From the IMG/VR virus record IMGVR_UViG_3300033076_000726, positions 1-55,239 of that record: a stretch of DNA of 55,239 nt; one strand, written 5' to 3'. Positions 20,893 to 31,888 of this stretch are shown here, piece by piece. Within the stretch, counting starts at the first letter, position 1, and each line of letters starts with the position of its first letter. The DNA comes from a virus. Its lineage: Duplodnaviria; Heunggongvirae; Uroviricota; Caudoviricetes. Made by a program: the position numbers and the translations under genes. The notes under the pieces were generated by a model, which made no database searches, was not told the origin of the DNA, and was given only the letters and a program-made list of their open reading frames with translations.

Positions 20893-21617
20893 TAGGAAAT
20901 TACGGATATATTAAACGAAATGTCACAACTGACGAAGACAAACCGATTCCATATCGATGGACACACGGTGCAACCGATATGCATATGGGTGATGGTTTGT
21001 TAGTATATTCAATCATTCAACACATGAGAGCTAAAACTTGTGTTTGTATTGGTTCTGGTGGTGGATTCATTCCACGTATCATGACACTTGCCAGACAAGA
21101 GTTACATTACCAACAAATATTTGAAGGGAATGACAATCCAAATTGGGGAGACATTGGTGCAACTTATTTAGTTGACCCTTGTAACAATATCGGTGGGCCA
21201 TCAACTGTTAGTGACGAAGAATCATTTTATAGAAGAGAGTTTGGTCCACGTTTTATTAAAGAAACATCTGAAAATGCATACTATAATTTCTTTGTTCCAC
21301 AAGATATAAAAATCGATGTACTATTCATAGATGGTGACCATTCATATGAAGGAGTAAAATTAGATTTTGATTTATATTCAACCATTTTGTCAGAAAATGG
21401 TATCATTATTATACACGACACAGATAAAGATTATGAAGAAAGTCTTATTGTTTCAGAAGAATCTAAACCTTATCATCATAGGTTTGACGGACCATCAAAA
21501 CTAATTGAAGAATTACAGGAAAATCCTGAGTGGAACTTGATAAATTTGTTTAATTTTCGTATATTACCTACAAAACCATCATCAAGCGGAATTACGATTA
21601 TTAACAGAAAAAAATAG
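20889..21617 (+). CDS. Class I SAM-dependent methyltransferase (Methyltransf_24-like)
   Basis: CIGSGGGF; IDVLFIDGDHSYEGVKLDF...GIIIIHDT. Start reassigned to ATG 20889 (ATGA overlap) rather than TTG 20880. Confidence 0.8.
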   Translation: MIGNYGYIKRNVTTDEDKPIPYRWTHGATDMHMGDGLLVYSIIQHMRAKTCVCIGSGGGFIPRIMTLARQELHYQQIFEGNDNPNWGDIGATYLVDPCNNIGGPSTVSDEESFYRREFGPRFIKETSENAYYNFFVPQDIKIDVLFIDGDHSYEGVKLDFDLYSTILSENGIIIIHDTDKDYEESLIVSEESKPYHHRFDGPSKLIEELQENPEWNLINLFNFRILPTKPSSSGITIINRKK

Positions 21618-21623
21618 TTCAAT

Positions 21624-21827
21624 ATGACACAGGAAGAAAAAGACCAAGAGCAATTACTACTTGAACAAAGAAAAGTAAAGGCACTTGAAAAGATTGCAAA
21701 CTCATTAGACGCTCTTACATTATGGTTCGAAGAAATCGATAAAGGTGAATGGGGGGATAGGGTTCAATATTATTTAGCTGAATGGCATAAAACAACAAAA
21801 CCAAAAGACCCAACAATAGATGGATAA
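21624..21827 (+). CDS. Hypothetical protein, 67 aa
   Basis: Operon-packed ORF that overlaps the next gene. Confidence 0.55.
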   Translation: MTQEEKDQEQLLLEQRKVKALEKIANSLDALTLWFEEIDKGEWGDRVQYYLAEWHKTTKPKDPTIDG

Positions 21828-23241
21828 GAAATTAGGTGTTGTAGTTCCATATAGAAGACGTTATCAACAACTAATAAATTTCAAATCTGCAATCAGAAAT
21901 TATTTAAATTCAAAAAAAATAAAATTTGAAATTATAATTGTTGACCAAGATGACGCAAAAACATTTAATAGAGGTAAATTATTAAACATTGGGTTTAAAT
22001 ATGCCAAGAAATTAAATTGTGATTACGTTGTATTTCATGATGTGGATATGTTACCTGTTGATGTTGACTATTCATATTCGGATGTTCCCATACATTTAGC
22101 AACAAATTTTGAACCTGATGGTGATTTCACAAGAATCATATTTGATGATTATTTCGGAGGTGTAACTATATTCCCAATGAGTGCATTTGAAGAAATAAAT
22201 GGATATTCTAATGAATATTGGGGTTGGGGATATGAAGATACTGATTTATTACATAGATGTAAAATTAGTGGTATTGAATTAGATAAAAAAGAAATCAAAA
22301 TGATGGGTGGTAACACTGCGGCATTGAGATTTAATGGAAATGATGCTTATGTTGAATTAAAAAATAATATAAACTTTGTTGAACCTGTTACATTCTTTGT
22401 TAATTTTTATCCGGATGATTTAACATTAAATCATGAAAAATATGATGACACCTATTCCGTATTTGGTATACCGGGATTTGATTTAACAGTAAATTATAAT
22501 TCATATTCGAGATATAATTTTGAAATGTATGATGCAAATGAAAACATTATGTATATCAATTCAAATATTAAAACAAACTATAAAACTTCAATATGTGTAA
22601 CGATTGACCCTAAACAAAAAACATTTTCAATGTATCAGGACGGTGAGTTGGTTGGAACAAAAATATTTGAAGATAGATTATACAATTATAGAAGGGTTGA
22701 AAAATTATTTTTGGGTTGTACAAACCCAAATAATGATGTGGACCCTAAATTTTTTAAAGGGGTTATCACATCATTCGCTGCGTTTAATAAAATATTAACC
22801 GAGAATGAAATTAAAGAAATTTCAACGAATCAATATTTTGCATTAACACAACCATTTGGTGATTACCAATCCCAAAACAATTTAAAAATGTATTATGATT
22901 GTAAATTTATTAAAGATTACAAATTGATGGATTTGTCAGGTAATGGAAATGACGGTAAAATTGTTAATTGTGAAATTGTTGGATTTACACATGAAGATAG
23001 TAAAATAATCGATGTACCATACAGGAGAGACTCAACATTTAGACTGGTGAGGCATGAAGAAAATGGATATGTTAAAAGTGCGTGGAAAGATATCACGACA
23101 AGATATAATCAATTAAGATATTACAATGAAGTTGCTAAAGGTTATCGAAACACAAAAGAAGACGGATTAAACAATTGTAAATATCGAGAAATAAGTAATT
23201 CAAATTTAAACGGAGAAACACACGTAGTAGTATCAATATGA
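21820..23241 (+). CDS. GT7 (beta-1,4-galactosyltransferase-like) glycosyltransferase with inserted LamG domain
   Basis: FNRGKLLNIG, VFHDVDMLP, YFGGV, NGYSNEYWGWGYEDTDL. LamG at about 22320-22970 (FNGNDAYVEL...MYQDGELV...FFKGVITSFAAFNKILTENEI). Confidence 0.85.
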   Translation: MDKKLGVVVPYRRRYQQLINFKSAIRNYLNSKKIKFEIIIVDQDDAKTFNRGKLLNIGFKYAKKLNCDYVVFHDVDMLPVDVDYSYSDVPIHLATNFEPDGDFTRIIFDDYFGGVTIFPMSAFEEINGYSNEYWGWGYEDTDLLHRCKISGIELDKKEIKMMGGNTAALRFNGNDAYVELKNNINFVEPVTFFVNFYPDDLTLNHEKYDDTYSVFGIPGFDLTVNYNSYSRYNFEMYDANENIMYINSNIKTNYKTSICVTIDPKQKTFSMYQDGELVGTKIFEDRLYNYRRVEKLFLGCTNPNNDVDPKFFKGVITSFAAFNKILTENEIKEISTNQYFALTQPFGDYQSQNNLKMYYDCKFIKDYKLMDLSGNGNDGKIVNCEIVGFTHEDSKIIDVPYRRDSTFRLVRHEENGYVKSAWKDITTRYNQLRYYNEVAKGYRNTKEDGLNNCKYREISNSNLNGETHVVVSI

Positions 23242-24650
23242 GTCATAAATTAGGTGTATGTATACCATACAGAAATAGAAAAGAACATGTTGAAAGATTG
23301 ATACCACATCTTTCTAAACAATTAACTGAACAAGGAATTGAACATACATTTTATGTTGGACATCAGATAGATGACAAATTATTTAACAGAGGTGCAATGA
23401 AAAATATCGCAGCTCATGTTGCATTTGAAGATGGTTGTGATTACATTGCTTGGCACGATGTTGATATGTTATCATATAACATTGAAGGTCACATTGGTGG
23501 GGATTATTCGTATCCCGAAGAAAACCCAATACATATTGCAACAAAATTATCAAAATATAATTATGGATTAGGTTACGACCAATACTTTGGTGGTGTGGTT
23601 CTATTCACAAAAGAACAAGCCTATGAAACCAATGGTTATTCAAATGAATATTGGGATTGGGGTCAGGAAGACGATGACCTTTTTTGGAGATGTTATTATG
23701 AGGGAATGACAACTGGTAAAGTTTTTAAAAAATATGAAAATAAGAAGGTTTTAAATTTTACTGGTGAGAACTCATACGTTGCAATTCCAACTAATAGGGA
23801 AATAAGTTCTGCGTTAAGAGATGACCATACCATATCAATTTTATTTAATGCAGAACAACAAGAAAATAAAGTACCAATTTGGTTGGTTGGTGATTTAGAA
23901 AAAAGATTCATAGAGTATCCACTATTAAGAAAAGACGGGTCATGGACTTGGGGTTTATCATTTAACAATTCAAGAGCGGTGACAATGTTATACCACGATA
24001 AGTCAAACCATCCAATTTATAATTGGGCAAAAAGATTTGAACATCTATGGACTTGGGTTACTTTATCATATTCAAAAGAAAAAAGTCAAATCTATTTTTA
24101 TATAAATGATGAATTGATTTGTCAAATGAATGGAATTAAACAAAATGAACCATTTCCTGTTCACGGTGAATTAAAATCACATGATTCCATTAAACCATTC
24201 TTGATTGGATTTTGCAATCATTCAAACACATTTTATAAAGGTAAAATTGCCGAGGTAAAAATGTACAATAGGTTTTTTGAAAACATAAATGATGTATTTG
24301 ATTCGAATGATACAATTATGACATTTAATGATGAATCAATTTATAATAATGTGTTAACAACTGAAGAAGATATTGAGGTTATTGAAAACATATTACCATA
24401 TAGAAGAGAAGGTTCGTTTTATTGTTTACCACATGAAGATGAGGGATTTGTTAATGGCAGATGGAAAAAAGGTGAGACTACCGCAAGAAACGAAAGAAGA
24501 TTTGTTACAGAAATGCAACAAGGAAAAATAAATTATAAAGAAGATGGTTTAAGTCAAATTATGAATGTTTTGGAGATTGATAACATCGATGAATCATTAT
24601 ATTCAAACACCAAATTCATAAATGTAAAAATGACAACAAACAATGCTTAA
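23238..24650 (+). CDS. Second GT7 glycosyltransferase with inserted LamG domain
   Basis: FNRGAMKN, AWHDVDML, YFGGV, NGYSNEYWDWGQEDDDL; LamG-like FTGENSYVAI...FYINDE...YKGKIAEVKMYN. Confidence 0.85.
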   Translation: MSHKLGVCIPYRNRKEHVERLIPHLSKQLTEQGIEHTFYVGHQIDDKLFNRGAMKNIAAHVAFEDGCDYIAWHDVDMLSYNIEGHIGGDYSYPEENPIHIATKLSKYNYGLGYDQYFGGVVLFTKEQAYETNGYSNEYWDWGQEDDDLFWRCYYEGMTTGKVFKKYENKKVLNFTGENSYVAIPTNREISSALRDDHTISILFNAEQQENKVPIWLVGDLEKRFIEYPLLRKDGSWTWGLSFNNSRAVTMLYHDKSNHPIYNWAKRFEHLWTWVTLSYSKEKSQIYFYINDELICQMNGIKQNEPFPVHGELKSHDSIKPFLIGFCNHSNTFYKGKIAEVKMYNRFFENINDVFDSNDTIMTFNDESIYNNVLTTEEDIEVIENILPYRREGSFYCLPHEDEGFVNGRWKKGETTARNERRFVTEMQQGKINYKEDGLSQIMNVLEIDNIDESLYSNTKFINVKMTTNNA

Positions 24651-25482
24651 TTTAGTTACAGTTGTAGGAAGAAATACACATATATTACCACATATGTTAA
24701 AACACTATGAAAGTATTGTGGATAAAGTATATGTTGGTGTTTATAGACAACACGAAGGAGATGGGATATTAGAAGAAGTAAAAGAGTTAGGAATTGAACC
24801 ATTTTTAGTTGTAACCGAACCAAAATATAATTGGAACAAGGTGACAGAGATGTATAATGAGATTAAACGTACCAAACCTGACGAATGGTGGATTGTTTCT
24901 GACGATGACGAACTTCAAGTATATCCATATGATATAAGGGATATAATCAAAGAATGTGAAGATAATAAATTTACATTTGTTACTGGTGGATTTTTAGATA
25001 GATTGGGTGACGGAGGAACATTCCCAATTGTGGAAAGAGATAGTGATATCCACAAGTTATTCCCATATGCGGGATTTTTTAGGTACCCAATGTCAAACGC
25101 ATGTCCAAATAAAGTAACTTTAATGTTAGGTTCTCAAGACATTACGTCAGGACAACATTATGCCGATTTTGGATACAATAAAAATAGTTGGGGTAGATGG
25201 CACAGAAAACGTATGCCAATTGATATTGTATTCACACAAGTACATCATTTCAAATGGGACTCAACGTGTAATGTTAGAATTAAAGAAGTTGCAGATACTC
25301 GAATAGAATATAGTTGGTTTTGGGAATACGAAAAATTATATGATAACTTAGCATCAAGTAATTGGGTGGTTGATTTAAAAAATCCTGAGTACATGTTTGA
25401 AAAATTGGATAATTTTTCGTATATTGACTTTAATGATTACTCTAAGTGGAATATTCTTAGAGATAAAATAGTACTAATCTAA
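24643..25482 (+). CDS. GT2/GT92-like glycosyltransferase
   Basis: WWIVSDDDELQVYP (DxD-like), VTGGFLDRL, QVHHFKW. Confidence 0.6.
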   Translation: MLNLVTVVGRNTHILPHMLKHYESIVDKVYVGVYRQHEGDGILEEVKELGIEPFLVVTEPKYNWNKVTEMYNEIKRTKPDEWWIVSDDDELQVYPYDIRDIIKECEDNKFTFVTGGFLDRLGDGGTFPIVERDSDIHKLFPYAGFFRYPMSNACPNKVTLMLGSQDITSGQHYADFGYNKNSWGRWHRKRMPIDIVFTQVHHFKWDSTCNVRIKEVADTRIEYSWFWEYEKLYDNLASSNWVVDLKNPEYMFEKLDNFSYIDFNDYSKWNILRDKIVLI

Positions 25483-25483
25483 T

Positions 25484-26848
25484 ATGAACAAAAAAACACC
25501 AGTAAGTGATACTTTTTGTATTTTACCGTGGAATCATTTAATGATTCAACCAAACGGTAATATACAACCTTGTTGCATGACTCCACATGATATGCCAATT
25601 GGTAACACTAAAGAAGATACTTTGGAAGAAGTGTGGAATGGATTTGTTATGAAGAACATTCGTAAAAAAATGTTAAAAGGTGAAAGACCAATGCTTTGTA
25701 ACAGATGTTATATGATGGAAGATAATGGTGCGGTTAGTCCGAGAGTTAATCTTACTGATAAGTTTAGAAAAGATGTTGATAATTTAGTTAGTCAAACAGA
25801 CCCCGAAACAGGACACAGTAACACATTCACATTAAAATATTGGGATTTCAGATTTTCAAATATTTGTAATTTCAAATGTAGAATGTGTGGAACATTTGCA
25901 AGCAGTAAATGGGTAGACGATGAAATGGCATTACACGGTAAATCATTCAATGGTTTAATGAACTTCAGAAGTGAGTCTAAAGAAGACATCATGAACTATG
26001 TTGATAAATTCATTTATGAAGTTGAAGAGATTTATTTTGCTGGAGGTGAACCACTTATCATGGATGAACATTATATCATACTTGAAAAGTTAATCGCAGC
26101 AGGTAGAACTGACGTACTATTACGATACAACACCAATTTTAGTCATATCCAATTTAAAAAATGGGATTTACAAAAACTGTGGAAACCATTTATTGATAAC
26201 CCTAAAGGTAAGGTTCAATTATTCGCCTCATTAGATGCTGTTGGACCTGTTGCAGAATTAGCACGTAACGGTACAAAATGGAATGATGTACATAACAATA
26301 TTAAAACCGCTTTAAGTAGTGGTGTTGAGGTATTTGTGTCACCAACAGTTAGTATCATTAACGTATTTCATGTTACCGATTTATTTGATACGATTGTTAA
26401 TTTAGGAATTAAACCAGAATATATCGTATTCAATAATTTTCTAACGGACCCACAATGTTATGACATTAGAATTCTTCCTGAAGATTTGAAAGAAGAGTTG
26501 ATGAGAAAGTTAGAAAATTATGGTGATAGTTTACCTAATGGACCATATAAAAACGCAATTAACAACGCCATCACAGCTTGGGTTAATTTCTTATATTCCG
26601 ATTTCAATGTTGATTTATTACAGCTTCAAATTAGTAGAAGAGAATTAGTAAGAGTAACAACAATTTTAGATGTAAGAAGAAATGAAAATTTCTTAGATAT
26701 TAACCCACAATATAAAGATTGGTTTAAAGAAATTAGAGCGACGATAAAAAACTACGAAACTGAAGAATCGTTCTTTAGAGATAGAAGTTTACCAGAGCAA
26801 CAAGTTGAAGTACCTAAAACGATTGATGATAAGAAAAACGTATACTAA
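25484..26848 (+). CDS. Radical SAM enzyme with N-terminal twitch/SPASM-like domain
   Basis: FCILPW...PCC...CNRC; core SNICNFKCRMC (CxxxCxxC); YFAGGEPL. Confidence 0.9.
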   Translation: MNKKTPVSDTFCILPWNHLMIQPNGNIQPCCMTPHDMPIGNTKEDTLEEVWNGFVMKNIRKKMLKGERPMLCNRCYMMEDNGAVSPRVNLTDKFRKDVDNLVSQTDPETGHSNTFTLKYWDFRFSNICNFKCRMCGTFASSKWVDDEMALHGKSFNGLMNFRSESKEDIMNYVDKFIYEVEEIYFAGGEPLIMDEHYIILEKLIAAGRTDVLLRYNTNFSHIQFKKWDLQKLWKPFIDNPKGKVQLFASLDAVGPVAELARNGTKWNDVHNNIKTALSSGVEVFVSPTVSIINVFHVTDLFDTIVNLGIKPEYIVFNNFLTDPQCYDIRILPEDLKEELMRKLENYGDSLPNGPYKNAINNAITAWVNFLYSDFNVDLLQLQISRRELVRVTTILDVRRNENFLDINPQYKDWFKEIRATIKNYETEESFFRDRSLPEQQVEVPKTIDDKKNVY

Positions 26849-27864
26849 TGTTAAATAAAAAAGATTTTGTTTGTTTACAGCCGTTTGAGTTTACTGAGTT
26901 CTTTGACTACAAAACTTATATGTGTTGTCCAAATTGGTTACCCGTAAATTTAGGTGACCCGAATAACATTGCGGACATATGGAATTCACCCTTAGCGAAT
27001 CAAGTTAGGGAAAGTATGTTAGATGGTAGTTACAAATATTGTATCGAAGCAAGATGTCCTAAATTAACTGGATTGAAAGAAGGTAAGAGTGAGGGATTCA
27101 TGCCAAAAGAAGAGTTTTTAAAAATAAAAGAACAATACGATTATCCGGTTCCTAAAAGTGTTAAATTTAATTTTGACCAAAGTTGTAATTTACAATGTCC
27201 AACTTGTCGAGTGGAGAAAATTAACTATGAGGGAGAACAAAGAGATAGAACCGAATTGATTTTAGAAAACATTGAAACTCACTTGGCGGAGAATCTTGAA
27301 CATATCGAATGTACCGGTTCTGGCGACCCATTCTTTTCAAGAACGTTTAGAAAATGGATGATGGACTTTGACCCAAGTTTATATCCTAATTTAAAAAGTA
27401 TTCATTTACACACAAATGGAACACTTTGGAACGAATCTAATTGGACTCGTATGGGTAGAATATCTAAATTTGTTAAGTCTGCGGAAATATCTGTTGATGC
27501 AGCAACAAAGGAAACATATGAGAAGGTAAGATTGGGAGGTAAATGGGAAGATATTCAAACGAATTTGAAATACATTGCCAAAATCCCAAGTTTAGAATAT
27601 CTTACTATGTCATTCGTGGTTCAAGATTCCAATTATAAAGAAATGGAAATGTTCTATAAAATGTCAGAAGAGATATTTGATGAGACACCAATAAATTGGA
27701 TGGTGTTTTTTAATAGAATTGTAAATTGGGGTACATTTAGTGATTCTGTTTTTAAATTAAAAGATGTGGGTAATCCACAACACCCCGAATATAAGGATAT
27801 GGTAGAGATTTATAATAGACTACCAAAATCAAATAATATAAGACATAATTTAACAATATTATGA
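26848..27864 (+). CDS. Radical SAM enzyme with N-terminal Cys cluster domain (subtype B)
   Basis: VCLQPF...MCCPNWL...DGSYKYCIEARCP; core DQSCNLQCPTC; GSGDPF. Confidence 0.85.
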   Translation: MLNKKDFVCLQPFEFTEFFDYKTYMCCPNWLPVNLGDPNNIADIWNSPLANQVRESMLDGSYKYCIEARCPKLTGLKEGKSEGFMPKEEFLKIKEQYDYPVPKSVKFNFDQSCNLQCPTCRVEKINYEGEQRDRTELILENIETHLAENLEHIECTGSGDPFFSRTFRKWMMDFDPSLYPNLKSIHLHTNGTLWNESNWTRMGRISKFVKSAEISVDAATKETYEKVRLGGKWEDIQTNLKYIAKIPSLEYLTMSFVVQDSNYKEMEMFYKMSEEIFDETPINWMVFFNRIVNWGTFSDSVFKLKDVGNPQHPEYKDMVEIYNRLPKSNNIRHNLTIL

Positions 27865-29114
27865 TAGAGTGTAAGAACCTTACAAATGGTCTTAGAATTG
27901 CAACGGCAGGTACATACTTTGCATGTTGTCACACATTTAATCACCCTTTTAAAGATGAAAATGGGGATTTAATGGTTGCTAGTAAACATACGATAGATGA
28001 TGCGTTGAATAGTGTCACAAGACAAGAAATGTTAAAAGATTTTGCAAATGATGTTAGACACCCCGCATGTAAAGTATGTTGGGATGCCGAAGATGCTGGA
28101 TTTGTAAGTAAAAGACAAAGAGATAATGATACCTTTAATGCGTTTCCTGAAAGAGACCAAAACGATTTATTCTTTTTAGAATTGAATTTGGGTAACACTT
28201 GTAATCTATCTTGTAGAATTTGTCACATTTCCGCATCGTCCAAATGGAGAAATTTCCATAAAGTTTTGGAACCACATATTACAGAAAAAGAATTGGATGA
28301 TTATGTTATAAAATATTCAAGAGCATTTACTGATGATAGTTTAGTGTGGAAAGAATTAAGAAGAGTTCTACCAACAGTAAGAACTGTGGACATTTATGGA
28401 GGTGAACCCATGTTAATGAAAAAACAATGGGAAATTATTCAAGAATGTGTTGAAAATGGATATGCACAAAGACAACAAATGAGTTTCAATACTAACGGAA
28501 CAATCATAAACGACAAGTATGTTGAATTGATGAAGAATTTTCAACAAATTCGTATTGGTTTTAGTTTAGACGGTGTTGGAAAAAGATTTGAATTTTTAAG
28601 ATATTATGCAAATTGGGAAAATGTAAAAGAAAACATTAGAAATTACCAAGAAAAATTAAAAGATTGTGGAACTGAAGTTATTTTTGAAATATGTTCAACA
28701 ATTTCAATGTTAAATGTGTTATATGTTTTCGATATTGTGGATTTTGCAATTGAATCTAAAATAAAACTTATGATAGCATTTGTTCACAATCCGAGACACT
28801 TACACATCGGTTACATGCCTGATGAATATAAACCAAAAATATTGGCAATATTGGAACCAGAGTTGGCAAGAAGAAGAGAAGAGTTACTTAGAGATGCGTC
28901 AATTGACGGTAAAGATAGAGAGTTTATAACAAACCTTCTTTATCAAGCAGAAAAGGTAATTAACATGTTGAAATTACCAACTAAAGGTGAAACAAATGAT
29001 TGGTTAGAATTTAAAAGACAAACAAAAGAATTGGACGAGTTAAGAAATGAACAATTTCATGTAACTTTCCCTGAATTAGCTAAAATATATAACATACCTA
29101 AAAGTCTAGTATAA
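27861..29114 (+). CDS. Radical SAM enzyme with N-terminal twitch-like domain
   Basis: ECK...ACC...ACKVCW; core GNTCNLSCRIC; IYGGEPM. Confidence 0.9.
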   Translation: MIECKNLTNGLRIATAGTYFACCHTFNHPFKDENGDLMVASKHTIDDALNSVTRQEMLKDFANDVRHPACKVCWDAEDAGFVSKRQRDNDTFNAFPERDQNDLFFLELNLGNTCNLSCRICHISASSKWRNFHKVLEPHITEKELDDYVIKYSRAFTDDSLVWKELRRVLPTVRTVDIYGGEPMLMKKQWEIIQECVENGYAQRQQMSFNTNGTIINDKYVELMKNFQQIRIGFSLDGVGKRFEFLRYYANWENVKENIRNYQEKLKDCGTEVIFEICSTISMLNVLYVFDIVDFAIESKIKLMIAFVHNPRHLHIGYMPDEYKPKILAILEPELARRREELLRDASIDGKDREFITNLLYQAEKVINMLKLPTKGETNDWLEFKRQTKELDELRNEQFHVTFPELAKIYNIPKSLV

Positions 29115-29115
29115 T

Positions 29116-30606
29116 ATGTCAGAAAGATTATTAAAATTTAAAGAGGAAAAATTAAACTCAGTAAGCTGTAGTTTCTGTCCCGCAAAATGGTATAACGCAA
29201 CTATCGATTTAGGTAGTGGTTATAGTCGTTCTTGTTTTTTACCATTACCACACCCGATTGATGTGGATGAAATAAAAACAAACCCATCGGCATTACACAA
29301 TACATCTCATAAAAAGAAAATGAGAAAGATGATGTTGGAAGGTACACGACCTGCCGAATGTTCATACTGTTGGAAAGTTGAAGATATTGGAAGAAACAAT
29401 ATCTCTGATAGAGTCTACAGAAGTATGGAATACAAACATGAAGATATTGACATATTAAAAGACACACCTTGGGACGCAAATGTAAATTTAAGAACAGTTG
29501 AATTATCATTTGATAGAAGTTGTAATTTTGCATGTTCATATTGTAATCCAAGTTATTCAACAACTTGGGGTAGAGATATTGATAAACATGGACCATATCA
29601 AAAATTTAAAACATTGACCGCAGGTGCCTACCAACAAAATGGTTCTTGGGCTGACCCTGAAACTAAATTTATTGGTGAGAATCCGTATGTTGAAGCATTT
29701 TTAAAATGGTGGCCAGACTTATCTAAAGATTTACAAACGTTAAGAATCACTGGAGGAGAACCTTCAACAAGTCATAACTTTTGGAGATTCTTAGACCAAA
29801 TTAAAGGACAACCATATCCTAAATTAAATCTATCCATTAACTCTAACTTAGGTGTTAAAGATGAGTTGATAGATAAGTTAATTGAAACCACTAATACGTT
29901 AGATATTGAATCATTTGACATTTACACAAGTAATGAATCATATGGTGCACATGCGGAATATTTGAGAGATGGTTTAAAGTATGAAAAATGGAGAAATAAT
30001 GTAATCAGAATGATTGAGGAGGCTAACATTAGACAAATCGTTATTATGATGACAGTTACTGGTTTATCTTTAATGTCTATCACAGAATTTATGGATGACA
30101 TGTTAGAATTAAAGAAAAAATACGGACCAAATAAACCAACATTGGATTTGAATTTCTTAAGATGGCCAGGTTTTATGTCACCATTGAATTTACCTGACCA
30201 CATTAAAATGGAGGCAAAAGAAAAGATTCAAGTTTGGTTAGATAAAAATAGAGATTCTGGTTTACTATTAGAACATGAAATCACTCAAACACAAAGAGTA
30301 ATTGATTATATTGATGTTGTTGACCAAGGTCACGCAAGAGCTGAGTTTGATAAGGATAAACACTTCCACGACTTCAAAAGTTTCTACGAACAATATGATA
30401 AGAGAAGAGGTAAAAACTTTAGAGAAACTTTCCCAATGTTAATTGAATGGTATGATTCAATTCAAGTTGATGAGTATATTCCTGACGTTAAATTATCAGG
30501 TGGTGGTATGGAAGGATGGGAAACTGGTGAATATAAACCAGATATTATGAAACGTAACTTAGCAAGACAAAATAATTCACAAAGTCAAAACGATTTAAAT
30601 GGATAA
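29116..30606 (+). CDS. Radical SAM enzyme with N-terminal twitch-like domain
   Basis: FCPAKW...SC...ECSYCW; core DRSCNFACSYC; ITGGEP. Confidence 0.9.
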   Translation: MSERLLKFKEEKLNSVSCSFCPAKWYNATIDLGSGYSRSCFLPLPHPIDVDEIKTNPSALHNTSHKKKMRKMMLEGTRPAECSYCWKVEDIGRNNISDRVYRSMEYKHEDIDILKDTPWDANVNLRTVELSFDRSCNFACSYCNPSYSTTWGRDIDKHGPYQKFKTLTAGAYQQNGSWADPETKFIGENPYVEAFLKWWPDLSKDLQTLRITGGEPSTSHNFWRFLDQIKGQPYPKLNLSINSNLGVKDELIDKLIETTNTLDIESFDIYTSNESYGAHAEYLRDGLKYEKWRNNVIRMIEEANIRQIVIMMTVTGLSLMSITEFMDDMLELKKKYGPNKPTLDLNFLRWPGFMSPLNLPDHIKMEAKEKIQVWLDKNRDSGLLLEHEITQTQRVIDYIDVVDQGHARAEFDKDKHFHDFKSFYEQYDKRRGKNFRETFPMLIEWYDSIQVDEYIPDVKLSGGGMEGWETGEYKPDIMKRNLARQNNSQSQNDLNG

Positions 30607-31888
30607 GAATTTTAATGAAGAAACCTTTTGTGTGGCACCGTGGGTGTCCACACATTTAAGTACATTTGGTAACATAATCCCTTGTTGTCTTTATAAACAA
30701 GAAGACCACCAAGTATTTGGACAATTAAAACAAGGTATACCAATTAAGGACGCATATAATTCAGATGTTGCCAAAGAAGTAAGAAGAGCTTTATGGAATG
30801 GTGAAAAAATAGATGCGTGCCAAATTTGTTGGTACAGAGAAGAAGTATCCAAAGGTAAGAGTATAACTGACAGTTATCGTTACAATTTGAATAATCATTT
30901 TATGAAATATATCGATGACATTGTTGCAAATACGAATGACGATTTTTCATTAAAAGAAGTTAACTTTAAAATGATTGACTTACGTTTTGATAATAAATGT
31001 AATTTAAAGTGTCGTATCTGTAATCCAAGTTACTCCTCGTCTTTATATAAAGAATATAAGGAATTGGGTTTCACCAATTTTAAAGATTTGGGACAACCAT
31101 ATAGTCAGTCAATTGATAGTGATGACTACGAATTTATCCTAAGTCAATTACATAATGTAGATGTTTTATTCTTTGCTGGTGGTGAACCATTAACACAAGA
31201 TAAACACTACGAAATTTTACAATATTGTATCGATAAGGGTTACGCCAAAAACATTTCAATTTGGATTACCACTAATTTAACAAAGATTCAATATAAAAAC
31301 TATAATCTTGTTGAAATGTGGAAACACTTTAAACGTATTGAGGTTACTGCAAGTATTGATGGATATGGCGCAAGAGGTGAATATCTAAGAAATGGTTCAA
31401 AATGGTCACAAGTTGTACAAAATAGAATTGATATTCTAAGAGAATTACCTGATATCTATTTTGCTATTGTCCCCACCATCAATATCATGAATAGTTACAC
31501 CATTATTGATTTATACAAAGAGTTTGTTACTGCGGGTTATATTAAAACGGGACATATGCATGTTAATCTATTAACACATCCGGCACATATGCAGATTCGT
31601 AATTTACCTGAAAATCATAAGGTTATCTTAAGAGAAAAATACGCAAAAATTATGGATTGGATTAGAGAAACTTATCCATATGATAATGAGGCACAAAAAG
31701 ATATCGAACAGTTTGAGTTTATACTTGGATTACTTAACCAAGACCGTTCTGAGGAGGAATTTCAACACTTCCTTAAAATGACCGATGTTGTTGACACATA
31801 TAGAGGTGATGACTTCTTTGGAGTGTTTACAGAATTCCAAGACTTCAATCCAAAACAAGAAACTAAACCTGTTGTAAATTTAATATAG
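30599..31888 (+). CDS. Radical SAM enzyme with N-terminal twitch-like domain
   Basis: FCVAPW...PCC...ACQICW; core DNKCNLKCRIC; FAGGEPL. Confidence 0.9.
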   Translation: MDKNFNEETFCVAPWVSTHLSTFGNIIPCCLYKQEDHQVFGQLKQGIPIKDAYNSDVAKEVRRALWNGEKIDACQICWYREEVSKGKSITDSYRYNLNNHFMKYIDDIVANTNDDFSLKEVNFKMIDLRFDNKCNLKCRICNPSYSSSLYKEYKELGFTNFKDLGQPYSQSIDSDDYEFILSQLHNVDVLFFAGGEPLTQDKHYEILQYCIDKGYAKNISIWITTNLTKIQYKNYNLVEMWKHFKRIEVTASIDGYGARGEYLRNGSKWSQVVQNRIDILRELPDIYFAIVPTINIMNSYTIIDLYKEFVTAGYIKTGHMHVNLLTHPAHMQIRNLPENHKVILREKYAKIMDWIRETYPYDNEAQKDIEQFEFILGLLNQDRSEEEFQHFLKMTDVVDTYRGDDFFGVFTEFQDFNPKQETKPVVNLI

